Part shown: piece by piece, positions 27,427-35,590 of the stretch | Layout of the letters: the number at the start of each line of letters is the position of its first letter | Numbering within the stretch: the stretch's first letter is position 1 | Source of the DNA: Candidatus Woesearchaeota archaeon | GTDB lineage: Archaea; Nanobdellota; Nanobdellia; Pacearchaeales; GW2011-AR1 | Assembly: GCA_964604105.1 (NCBI GenBank) | Contig: CAZRXO010000004.1 | Location: forward strand, 1-35,590 | Direction of reading: 5' to 3' | Length of the DNA stretch: 35,590 bases | Notes under the pieces: generated by a model | Databases searched by the model: none | The model's input: only the letters and a program-made list of their open reading frames with translations | Told to the model about the DNA's origin: nothing | Translations under genes and position numbers: made by a program

Positions 27427-27516
27427 TCAAATACAACAAGCATCTTGTTCAGGATCTGGTCCAAAACCAAGTTCTTTCACTTCCAAGTCTTCAACTAAAC
27501 TTTCTTTAATTTCCAT
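27427..27516 (-). CDS. 29-aa candidate RiPP precursor MEIKESLVEDLEVKELGFGPDPEQDACCI
   Basis: Below the ORF track cut-off. ATG about 24 nt after a TTTTAA TATA-like box (27541-27546); first gene of a tightly packed three-gene operon. Confidence 0.75.
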   Translation of the reverse strand: MEIKESLVEDLEVKELGFGPDPEQDACCI

Positions 27517-27550
27517 AACATTTAAGGATCATAGAACTTCTTAAAACTTA

Positions 27551-27570
27551 TTCGTATATTATAATACGAA
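27551..27570. promoter_or_regulatory. Palindrome, candidate TrmB operator
   Basis: TTCGTAT-N6-ATACGAA between two divergent TATA-like boxes. Confidence 0.65.
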
Positions 27571-27602
27571 AATAATATAAACTCCAACACCCATTTATTC
27601 AC

Positions 27603-28319
27603 ATGAGAAATAAACAAATAATTAAAGAGTCAGGTTTAACAGAAAATGAATCGGAGATATATTTAATTCTAATAAATAAAGGGGAATCAACAATCTACCA
27701 AATATCAGACCATACAAAAATATCAAGACCAAATATTTATGATGTTATCAAAACTCTCAAGGAAAAAGGACTTGTATCTGAAATAATCAAAGAAAATAAA
27801 AAACACTTTCAAGCAATATCTCCTGAAAAACTCTTAGACTTACTAAAAATAAAACAAGAAAATCTTTTAGAAATTATCCCAGAATTAATGAATAAATACG
27901 AAGGTAAAATAAGAAAGCCAACCATAGAAGTATTTCAAGGTATAGAAGGATTAAAATCAATAATGAATGATTTACTAAAAACTAAAAAAGATATTTTAAT
28001 CTTCAATCAAATAGAAGAGGAAAAAATTCTTGATTATATTCCGGATTTTTACTTAGAGAGATATTTTAATCAAACAACAAAAAATAAGATAAAGATCAAA
28101 GTGCTTTATTCTTATGAAAAATGTCCAAAGAAAAGGAAGAATTATCAATTCAAAAAACTCTCAGATGAACATCTTGGAAATGTAGGCTATTGGGTTTATG
28201 GAAACAAAGTTGCAATTGGTATCTGGACACAGCAACCAATTTTCATAAGAATCACTGATGAAGAAGTTGCAAAGACTTATAAAAAAAGTATTGAATTAAC
28301 TTGGAAATCCACAAAATAA
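27603..28319 (+). CDS. TrmB family transcriptional regulator
   Basis: GLTENESEIYLIL...ISRPNIYDVI...KGLV...AISPEKL...FQGIEGLKS. Confidence 0.92.
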   Translation: MRNKQIIKESGLTENESEIYLILINKGESTIYQISDHTKISRPNIYDVIKTLKEKGLVSEIIKENKKHFQAISPEKLLDLLKIKQENLLEIIPELMNKYEGKIRKPTIEVFQGIEGLKSIMNDLLKTKKDILIFNQIEEEKILDYIPDFYLERYFNQTTKNKIKIKVLYSYEKCPKKRKNYQFKKLSDEHLGNVGYWVYGNKVAIGIWTQQPIFIRITDEEVAKTYKKSIELTWKSTK

Positions 28320-28334
28320 CAAATTTTATAAAGG

Positions 28335-28350
28335 TATATCAATTGATATA
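28335..28350. promoter_or_regulatory. Perfect 16-bp palindrome between TATA and start (autoregulatory operator candidate)
   Basis: TATATCAATTGATATA, 3 nt before ATG 28354. Confidence 0.7.
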
Positions 28351-28353
28351 ACC

Positions 28354-28650
28354 ATGTTGAAGTTAATCAAAAAACAAAATCCTTCTGCAAGATATCCTCG
28401 GCTAGACACTGTTATGTTTCTAGAAGATTTCATAAAAGAATACGACGGAGAATTCAGAAAAAAACAACTCTGGCAAGCACTTCCAAAAAAAATAATGTAT
28501 CAAACATTTTCTCTAATTTTAGATTATCTTATTCTCTCAGGAAAAGTATCTGTGGATTCGGAAGGAAAAATAGGATGGATATACTACCCCAAGAATGTAG
28601 AAAAAAGACTCAAAGAAACACATTTATTTTGGAGAAAAAATGGAAAGTAA
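28354..28650 (+). CDS. Small wHTH-like protein, probable antitoxin
   Basis: PRLDTVMFLE...LWQALPKKIMYQTFSLILDYL..SGKV; overlaps the downstream toxin-like gene. Confidence 0.7.
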   Translation: MLKLIKKQNPSARYPRLDTVMFLEDFIKEYDGEFRKKQLWQALPKKIMYQTFSLILDYLILSGKVSVDSEGKIGWIYYPKNVEKRLKETHLFWRKNGK

Positions 28651-28960
28651 AATAAACTTTGCTAATGAAAAAATACAAAAAGCATTTGAAAAATTAAAAA
28701 AAGACGACCCAAATTTATACAAAATAATTATAAGAGCATTTGAAGATATTGAAAAAAATGTATTCTGCGGAATTCAAATCCCAAAAAGATTAATTCCAAA
28801 AGAATACTTTCAGAAATTTAATGTAAAAAATATTTGGAAATATAATCTTCCTGATGCGTGGAGATTAATTTATAGTATTGAAGGAAAAAATTTACTCATA
28901 TTCTCAATAATTCTCGAATGGCTCGACCACAAAACTTATGAGAGAAGATTTAAATATTAA
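28640..28960 (+). CDS. RelE-like toxin
   Basis: GIQIPKRLIP...NIWKYNLPDAWRLIYSI...LEWLDHKTYERRF. Confidence 0.7.
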   Translation: MESKINFANEKIQKAFEKLKKDDPNLYKIIIRAFEDIEKNVFCGIQIPKRLIPKEYFQKFNVKNIWKYNLPDAWRLIYSIEGKNLLIFSIILEWLDHKTYERRFKY

Positions 28961-28977
28961 ATTTAACTAAGATACAA

Positions 28978-29337
28978 ATGAAGCTACACTTACACTTAAT
29001 TACAGCACTATTAATCTTTGTATTAATTTTAGTTGGGGGAGCATATACATATCATCACGTCGAAGGATGGAGCATATTAGATTCTACATATTTCACAGTC
29101 ATAACAGCAACAACAATCGGCTACGGGGACTTAACACCCCAAACAACAACAGGAAAAATATTCACAATGTTTTTCGCATTCTTCGGCGTAGCAACAGTAT
29201 TATATTTCATTTCAGCAATCGGCTCATATATATTCAAAGAAAATATTAACAAAAGAGTCGACCAATTAAAGCACCATATTCAAAAACAAGAAGAATTAAA
29301 AAACAAGAAAACTAACAAAAAGTTGAAAAGAAAATAA
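28978..29337 (+). CDS. Minimal two-TM potassium channel
   Basis: DSTYFTVITATTIGYGD selectivity filter. Confidence 0.95.
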   Translation: MKLHLHLITALLIFVLILVGGAYTYHHVEGWSILDSTYFTVITATTIGYGDLTPQTTTGKIFTMFFAFFGVATVLYFISAIGSYIFKENINKRVDQLKHHIQKQEELKNKKTNKKLKRK

Positions 29338-29377
29338 ACAAAAAACTGAAAAGATAAAGAAGTTATATTCTTGAGAA

Positions 29378-29464
29378 TTTTTGGTTTTGTTATTCATTCA
29401 CTAATCTGGGTGGGCGAACAAAGTGAGTTGGGTGGGGGATGGTGGCGGGATTCAAAACCAAAAA
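29378..29464. repeat. G-rich element bounded by 12-bp perfect inverted repeats
   Basis: TTTTTGGTTTTG at 29378-29389 and CAAAACCAAAAA at 29453-29464; internal TGGGTGGG twice. Confidence 0.55.
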
Positions 29465-29508
29465 ACCCAAACCAACAAATTAATAAATAATCATTCTATC
29501 TCCTAAGT

Positions 29509-30780
29509 ATGCAAAGAACATTAATTAAAGATATCAAACCAGAAAAAGATGTTTTATTAAAAGCCTGGATTTATGAAATTCGCTCACTCGCAAAATTAAG
29601 TTTTATTCTTCTTCGAGACCAATCAGGAATTGTCCAATGTATTACAAAAGACGAAAAGATAATGAAACAAATTTCAGATTTGTCCTTGGAGTCAGTTATT
29701 GAAATAAAAGGCAAAACAAAAAAAGCAAATGTCAAAGCAGAGTTTGCAAGAAATGATATTGAAGTTGAAATAGCCTCGATAGAAATCATAAGCAAAGCAG
29801 AAAATCTCCCAATTCATGTAAATGAAAAAACAACAAGCACAGATTTTGCAACAAGATTAGATTACAGATTTTTAGATGTTCGAAAACCAAAAGTCCAAGC
29901 AATTTTCAAAATCGAAGCAACTATGTTAAGTGCATTCAGAGAGTTCATGGAAAAGCAAGGTTCTATGGAAACTATTTTTCCGTCGATAATTTCAGCAAGT
30001 TCTGAAGGAGGAACAGAACTTTACAGATTAAAATATTTTGAAAAAGATGCTTTTTTATCGCAAAGTTGTCAGTTGTATAAACAAATGATTGCTTGTTCTT
30101 TAGAAAAAGTTCATACAATTTTTACTGTATGGAGAGCAGAAAAACATAATACTCCAAGACATTTAAATGAATCAAGACAATTTGATTTTGAAATGGCTTT
30201 TGCAGATGAATTTGAAGTTATGAAAATTATGGCAGAGTGTGTTCAATTTATGATTAAGAAAATTTCAGAAAAAAATAAACAAGAACTAGAAATTTTAAAA
30301 GTTAAGTTGAAGGTTCCGAAGGTGAAGTATTTGACTTTTGAAGAAACAAATAAACTTTTGAAAGAGAATAAAATAAAAACAGAAAAAGCTGATTTAACTG
30401 GAGAGGGAGAGAAAAAGTTGGGAGAATTATTTCCAGAAACAATTGTTTTTGTTCACGATTGGCCAATGGCAGGAAGAACATTTTATATAATGCCCAAAGG
30501 AGAAAAATCCTCTCACGGATTTGATGCAATTTACCAAGGAATGGAGATAACTTCAGGAGGACAAAGAGTTCATATTCCAAAAATTTTAGAAAAACAACTT
30601 AAAGAAAGAGACCTTAATCCTAAAGATTTCAAATCATATATTGATAGTTTTAGATTTGGTGCGCCTCCTCACGCAGGATTTGGAATGGGTGTCGAAAGAT
30701 TATTAATGGTCATCCTAGGAGTACAAAATATTAGAGAAGTTGTATTATTTCCGAGGGATAGAACGAGGTTAACTCCTTAG
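29509..30780 (+). CDS. aspS: Aspartate--tRNA ligase, archaeal type
   Basis: TRLDYRFLDVR, SEGGTELY, LSQSCQLYKQ, RAEKHNTPRHLNE, EITSGGQR, PPHAGFGMGVER. Confidence 0.95.
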   Translation: MQRTLIKDIKPEKDVLLKAWIYEIRSLAKLSFILLRDQSGIVQCITKDEKIMKQISDLSLESVIEIKGKTKKANVKAEFARNDIEVEIASIEIISKAENLPIHVNEKTTSTDFATRLDYRFLDVRKPKVQAIFKIEATMLSAFREFMEKQGSMETIFPSIISASSEGGTELYRLKYFEKDAFLSQSCQLYKQMIACSLEKVHTIFTVWRAEKHNTPRHLNESRQFDFEMAFADEFEVMKIMAECVQFMIKKISEKNKQELEILKVKLKVPKVKYLTFEETNKLLKENKIKTEKADLTGEGEKKLGELFPETIVFVHDWPMAGRTFYIMPKGEKSSHGFDAIYQGMEITSGGQRVHIPKILEKQLKERDLNPKDFKSYIDSFRFGAPPHAGFGMGVERLLMVILGVQNIREVVLFPRDRTRLTP

Positions 30781-31532
30781 GATTTTCTTGAGATTTTCCA
30801 AAGTAAACCAAAATAATTTCGATAATTATTTGCTACTTCTGAATTTTTTATTGAAAAACAAAAGGGGTTTTCCCCAGAAACAATTGTTCCAACTTCATTT
30901 CCCGATATATCTATTGTAACAGGGGAGATAATATTATTTGGCAAAAATTTCACTTCTGTTAAAGAAAGTTTTTCCCTAGTCTTTGCGAATTCTCTTGCAT
31001 CAGAATTATACAATATTCTAAGTTTTATTCCTTTTTTTATTCGACGTTTTTGCCAATCCAGATGATATGCATCAAGCATTTCTGCAACCTGTTTTGATGA
31101 ACCTAAAATATAAATCATTTCTCCTTTAGATCTATTTGCAAGAATCCTTTCATCAAATGATTTTATTCCCTTAACCCCCCTTAAAATTTCTGCTTCCTGT
31201 TTAACTTCATGTGACTCAAAAATTCCTTTTAATGAAGGTAAAATATTATTAAGCTCTTTCTTTTTATTTTCAACTTCTTTTTCTTGTTCTAAAATACTAT
31301 CCTTTAGAATTTCTGGAGATTTTGCCTCAAAACTTTTCCTATTATTTTCTACCACAACCCCCACAAGCCCTTTTTTATTTAGTCGGTCAAGAATATCATA
31401 CACCTTTGAATTTGAAACCCTGCCCTCCTTTATTATATTCCCAATAGTGGATTTTCCTAACTTCATTAATGAGAAATAAACTCTTGCCTCTCCTTCAGTT
31501 AGCCCAAATTTTTCAAGTGTTTTTGCTTCCAT
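30777..31532 (-). CDS. TrmB family transcriptional regulator
   Basis: FGLTEGEARVYFSL...SKVYDILDRL.KKGLV...RGVKGIKS...YFGLLWK. Confidence 0.92.
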   Translation of the reverse strand: MEAKTLEKFGLTEGEARVYFSLMKLGKSTIGNIIKEGRVSNSKVYDILDRLNKKGLVGVVVENNRKSFEAKSPEILKDSILEQEKEVENKKKELNNILPSLKGIFESHEVKQEAEILRGVKGIKSFDERILANRSKGEMIYILGSSKQVAEMLDAYHLDWQKRRIKKGIKLRILYNSDAREFAKTREKLSLTEVKFLPNNIISPVTIDISGNEVGTIVSGENPFCFSIKNSEVANNYRNYFGLLWKISRKS

Positions 31533-31563
31533 AAATTTAGATAGTTTTAGATTATTTAAATCT

Positions 31564-31595
31564 TATTATCTCGCCCCACCCAAAGGGGGATAATA
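31564..31595. promoter_or_regulatory. Inverted repeat between divergent promoters
   Basis: TATTATC...CCCC-N7-GGGG-GATAATA. Confidence 0.5.
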
Positions 31596-31624
31596 CTTAT
31601 ATATCAAAGTAGGATTATTATCTC

Positions 31625-32116
31625 ATGATAACAGATAAAAAAAAGTTAGAAGACATGGCAATTAAGATTGAAAACTGTTTAGAAAAAGGAGATATTTATC
31701 TTGCTACAATATATGCTTTAGAAGAAGGACATGTTGAAAGAGCAATGGAAATTTATGAAAAAGCAGGATGGTTTTCTTCTGCAGCCCATCTTGCTAAAGA
31801 ATCCGGACTCGTTAAAAAAGCACAAGAATTAATTGATAGACAAATTGAGAGAGATGAAATGTCTGGTAATTTTGGCAATGCCGCGATAGTTGCAGAATTA
31901 TGGGGGAGAAGTAAAAAATCAAAAGAATTATATGCTAAATGTTCTAAAATTTACGAAGAAGCAGGAAATTTTCTTTTCGCAGGACTTGATGCTAAATCAG
32001 CAGGATTAGATGAAAGAGCTCAAAAAATGTATAGTAAATATGAGGATTATTGCGCAAAAGAAGCTGGACCCCCTTTAAACGAATTCCCACTTTGGTTTGG
32101 ATTTTTTTCATGGTAA
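31625..32116 (+). CDS. Helical repeat (TPR/SNAP-like) protein
   Basis: Repeating YE.AG.F..AA..A...G....A..L units. Confidence 0.75.
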   Translation: MITDKKKLEDMAIKIENCLEKGDIYLATIYALEEGHVERAMEIYEKAGWFSSAAHLAKESGLVKKAQELIDRQIERDEMSGNFGNAAIVAELWGRSKKSKELYAKCSKIYEEAGNFLFAGLDAKSAGLDERAQKMYSKYEDYCAKEAGPPLNEFPLWFGFFSW

Positions 32117-32183
32117 AATTATTTTAACCTTTCTTTATCCCAACACCAATTAATTTTATATACTTAATTTTATTATAATAAAT

Positions 32184-33479
32184 ATGAAATTCCTACAAAT
32201 TCAACAAGCAATAGAAAAAGCATCAGGAAAAGTCGCTGTGCGAGGATGGGTATTTAGAGAGAGAGGTTCAAACAAAATGAAATTCATTGTTCTTAGAGAT
32301 TCGACAAATATTATCCAATGTATTTTAAAAAAAGAAAATTTTGAAGCACAATGGAAAAAAATTGATTCATTAAAAATAGAATCCTCTATTGAAATAGAAG
32401 GAACAATCAAACAAGATAAACGTGCACCAACAGGTTTTGAAATTCAAGTTTCAAAAATAAATATTTTACAAATTGCAGAAGATTATCCAATTAACAAAGA
32501 TTTAAACGAAGAACTTCTCGGAGACCGACGACATCTCTGGTTAAGAAGCAGAAAAATGACTGCAATTTTAAAAATCCGTTCAACAATCTTCGGAGCAATC
32601 CACGAATATTTTCGTAGCAAAGAATTTTATGAATATCAATCTCCAATTTTCCAATCAGTGCAATGTGAAGGCGGAAGCACTTTATTCAATGTTGATTACT
32701 TCGGAAAAAAAGGAGTTTTCCTCGCACAAACATGGCAACTATTTGCAGAACCCGCAATTTTCTCGTTAGAAAAAATTTACACAATTGCACCATCATTCAG
32801 AGCAGAAGAATCAAAAACATCAAGACACTTAACAGAATACTGGCATGCAGAAATGGAAGTTGCATGGGCAAACTTCAAAGACATTCAGGATTATGGAGAA
32901 GAATTAATTAAGCATATTGTAAAAAAAGTTCTTGAAAAAAATAAACCTGAACTTGAAATTTTAGAGAGAGATGTAAAAAAACTAGAACCAACAATAAATA
33001 AAAAATTTCCTCGCATGACTTATGATGAAGCATTAAAAATTTTAAAAGAAAAGTGCAAGATAAAAATTCCTTGGGGGAAGGACTTGCGAACAATTGAGGA
33101 AGATAAACTAAGCAGATTATATGACACACCTGTAATTGTAACAAACTATCCTAAAGAAGTCAAAGCATTTTACATGAAAGAAACTGACGGCAATTCCAAA
33201 GTCGTGAATGGATGTGATTTCATTGCACCAGAAGGTTACGGAGAAATTATCGGCGGAAGTGAAAGAGAAGCAGACCCAAAAAAAATCATAAAGCGATTAA
33301 AAGAAATGAAAGAAAACCCTAAGCAATATGGATTTTACCTCGACACAAGAAAATACGGAAGTATTCCTCACGGAGGATTTGGCATGGGCGTCGAAAGAAT
33401 TATATCCTGGATTTGCGGTTTATCGACGATAAAAGATGCGATTGCTTTTCCGAGGACAATGACTAGATGGAGTCCATAA
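32184..33479 (+). CDS. asnS: Asparagine--tRNA ligase
   Basis: RRHLWLRS, CEGGSTLF, FRAEESKTSRHLTEYWHAE, GYGEIIGGSERE, YGSIPHGGFGMGVER. Confidence 0.96.
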   Translation: MKFLQIQQAIEKASGKVAVRGWVFRERGSNKMKFIVLRDSTNIIQCILKKENFEAQWKKIDSLKIESSIEIEGTIKQDKRAPTGFEIQVSKINILQIAEDYPINKDLNEELLGDRRHLWLRSRKMTAILKIRSTIFGAIHEYFRSKEFYEYQSPIFQSVQCEGGSTLFNVDYFGKKGVFLAQTWQLFAEPAIFSLEKIYTIAPSFRAEESKTSRHLTEYWHAEMEVAWANFKDIQDYGEELIKHIVKKVLEKNKPELEILERDVKKLEPTINKKFPRMTYDEALKILKEKCKIKIPWGKDLRTIEEDKLSRLYDTPVIVTNYPKEVKAFYMKETDGNSKVVNGCDFIAPEGYGEIIGGSEREADPKKIIKRLKEMKENPKQYGFYLDTRKYGSIPHGGFGMGVERIISWICGLSTIKDAIAFPRTMTRWSP

Positions 33480-33509
33480 TTTTAAAAATCAACTTTTACT
33501 TATTGAAAT

Positions 33510-34679
33510 ATGAAAAGTAAAATACATTTACCAGATTATAGTGGAAGAAGTATTGTTAATTTAATGAGTTCTATTGCAAAATCATTTGGAACAAAAACTT
33601 CCTATCCAACCTTAAAAATTTTACCCGCTGAAAAATTAAAAGATTCTAAAAATATTGTCCTCTTAGTTATAGACGGGTTGGGCTATGAGTATTTAAAGAA
33701 AAAAGAAAAAACAACATTAAACAATTACATGATGGGCTCAATGACTTCTGTGTTTTTGCCAACAACAGCGTCGGCAATTACAACTTTCTTAACAGGAGTC
33801 GCACCCCAGCAACATGCATTTACAGGGTGGCACATGAATCTAAAAGAAATAGGTGTCGTGTCCTCAATTCTCCCATTTTCTCCTAGATTTGGAGGTCCCT
33901 CATTCAATGTTTATGATATTTATATCAAAGATGTTTTAGATCAAAAAGCTTTCACAAGCAAAATCAAAGCACAAAATTTCTCAATTAATTATTATAAAAT
34001 TATTAATTCGGAATTTACAACAGCGATGTCTCAAAATTCTAAAAAACTAAGTTACAAAACACTAAATGGTTTTTTTAAACAAATAAAAAAAGCAATTAAA
34101 TCTAGTAATAAAAGAAAATATATTTATGCTTATTGGCCTGAATTTGATAGCCTTAGTCATGAGCATGGGACAGAACATAAAAAAACTGAAAAACATTTTA
34201 AGCAAATAGATAAAAAAATAGTAAAATTTATTCAACACCTAAAAGAAACAGACACTACATTAATTATAACGGCAGATCATGGTTTTGTTAACACTCCATT
34301 AGAAAAGACAATTAAATTAGAGGATCACCCAAAAATGAAGGAGTGTCTAACTTTACCTCTTTGTGGAGAAGGAAGAGTCGCCTATTGTTACGTTCGACCT
34401 TCTAAAACGAAACAATTTGAAAAATATGTAAAAACTAAACTAAAAAAATATTGTAGTCTACACAAAAGTCAAGACTTAATTGACAAACATTATTTCGGTT
34501 TATTTGAACCAAATCCAAAACTATTTGATAGAGTGGGAGATTATGTTTTGATTTGTAAAGAAAACTATATCATCAAAGATTCAATAATACAAGTGAAGAA
34601 AAGAAAACCCCACATTGGCCACCATGGAGGAGTTAGTAAAGAAGAAATGCTTGTTCCATTAATTATAATAAAAACCTAA
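33510..34679 (+). CDS. Alkaline phosphatase superfamily (nucleotide pyrophosphatase/phosphodiesterase) protein
   Basis: VIDGLG, TSVFLPTTASA, DSLSHEHG, ITADHG, GHHGGVSKEEMLVP. Confidence 0.92.
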   Translation: MKSKIHLPDYSGRSIVNLMSSIAKSFGTKTSYPTLKILPAEKLKDSKNIVLLVIDGLGYEYLKKKEKTTLNNYMMGSMTSVFLPTTASAITTFLTGVAPQQHAFTGWHMNLKEIGVVSSILPFSPRFGGPSFNVYDIYIKDVLDQKAFTSKIKAQNFSINYYKIINSEFTTAMSQNSKKLSYKTLNGFFKQIKKAIKSSNKRKYIYAYWPEFDSLSHEHGTEHKKTEKHFKQIDKKIVKFIQHLKETDTTLIITADHGFVNTPLEKTIKLEDHPKMKECLTLPLCGEGRVAYCYVRPSKTKQFEKYVKTKLKKYCSLHKSQDLIDKHYFGLFEPNPKLFDRVGDYVLICKENYIIKDSIIQVKKRKPHIGHHGGVSKEEMLVPLIIIKT

Positions 34680-34737
34680 AAGAACAAAATTCATCAACGC
34701 TGGTTGTTGCGGAAATTATTACATTATTGAAATATAA

Positions 34738-34950
34738 TTATTTCTTCTGCTCTTTAAAATAACAATCAGAACATAAAATCTTAAACTTCGATTTCGCAGA
34801 TTTATCCTCGACATATTTGCAATAACATGACGTCAACTTTACCTTGCACTTTGCACAACAACCTTTCTGGTCATTCCACGTTTGTCTTTTCGTAACAGGA
34901 AAATTAAAATCCCGCAACTTAGTCCCCTTAAGAACATCTATATAACCCAT
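34738..34950 (-). CDS. Small zinc-finger protein
   Basis: CAKC...LCSDC; TATA-like box about 24 nt upstream. Confidence 0.65.
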   Translation of the reverse strand: MGYIDVLKGTKLRDFNFPVTKRQTWNDQKGCCAKCKVKLTSCYCKYVEDKSAKSKFKILCSDCYFKEQKK

Positions 34951-35040
34951 TCAAAACCCACATCTTCCCCCATTATAAATATATCTCTACATTAATATAT
35001 CTCTCATAAAATATAAAAAGAAAGAAGTTTTTTAATAAAT

Positions 35041-35460
35041 ATGCAAACCAACAAAACAAATACAAAAAAGTTCATTGTCACCTCAGGACCAGTAATTATT
35101 GAAGACAACAAAATTTTATTAGTAAAAGATAACAAAGATCCATTTTACAAACTTCCAGGAGGCATAGTCAAAGAAGGAATGTCTCTAGAAAAAGCATGTA
35201 AAAATGAAGCCAAAGCAGAAATAAATGCAGAAGTAGAAATAATAAGGCCTTTAATGCCAAACATATTATATGAAAATCCGAAAACAAAAGAAAAGATGAC
35301 AATTGTCTTAATTAATTACCTTTGTAAATTAAAAAACAAAAAAGACATTAAAATTATTTTTCCAACACAAGAAATTAAATGGATTTTAATAAAAGACATC
35401 AAACAAGGAAAAGGAAATGCTTCTCCAAATGTCCAGGAACTTGTGAAAAAAGAATTCTAA
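35041..35460 (+). CDS. NUDIX fold protein with degenerate Nudix box
   Basis: KILLVK...YKLPGGIVKEGMSLEKACKNEAKAEIN. Confidence 0.85.
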   Translation: MQTNKTNTKKFIVTSGPVIIEDNKILLVKDNKDPFYKLPGGIVKEGMSLEKACKNEAKAEINAEVEIIRPLMPNILYENPKTKEKMTIVLINYLCKLKNKKDIKIIFPTQEIKWILIKDIKQGKGNASPNVQELVKKEF

Positions 35461-35512
35461 TAACTCTAAGATTGATATTCAACTAATCTTAAACATATAA
35501 AAATTTTTCCTC

Positions 35513-35590
35513 TTAATAACTTTTTCTAGCGAAACATTCAAGCGAACAGGCTGTCCCACAATTAACAAAATTTAAATAGTTTATTACCGT
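35513..35590 (-). CDS. Possible 3' end of a gene entering from outside the window
   Basis: Open frame ...TVINYLNFVNCGTACSLECFARKSY-stop. Confidence 0.3.
   Translation of the reverse strand, partial: TVINYLNFVNCGTACSLECFARKSY

Noticed and set aside
27425-27439. TTG start (MLYLK) given by the track for the 109-aa ORF
   Set aside because: It overlaps the peptide ORF's CCI-stop; ATG 27424 fits the operon spacing better.
27427-27516. Identification as mycofactocin MftA (ESLVEDL resembles ETLVEEV)
   Set aside because: It lacks the conserved C-terminal IDGxCGVY, and no mftD/E/F are nearby.
5139-35590. Numerous 60-154 aa ORFs overlapping longer genes (e.g. 5139-5603, 11155-11505, 25442-25831)
   Set aside because: Antisense or off-frame shadows of well-supported genes, with biased composition.

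Overview
AT-rich archaeal chromosomal segment, most consistent with a DPANN lineage (Pacearchaeota/Woesearchaeota-like). This is inferred from GatDE, archaeal-type ProRS/AspRS, class III signal peptides, TrmB regulators and TATA boxes directly before start codons. From left to right it contains: a type IV pilus locus (partial assembly ATPase missed by the ORF track, plus five pilin-like genes); a 260-nt SRP RNA with non-canonical loops; a cluster of Cys-rich and PKD surface proteins; three toxin-antitoxin pairs; translation genes (proS, gatD, gatE, aspS, asnS, tRNA-Arg); and three TrmB regulators, each divergent from an accessory cassette with a palindrome in between. The best candidate for an undescribed system is a RiPP-like operon at 25993-27516: an unannotated 29-aa acidic peptide ending in DACCI, a 104-aa unknown protein, and a seven-cysteine radical SAM/SPASM enzyme. 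Also notable are a protein fusing three helical repeats to a bacterial RpoD-like sigma region 4, and a phosphatidyltransferase that appears to need an ATA start. All calls are by eye; no database searches were run.
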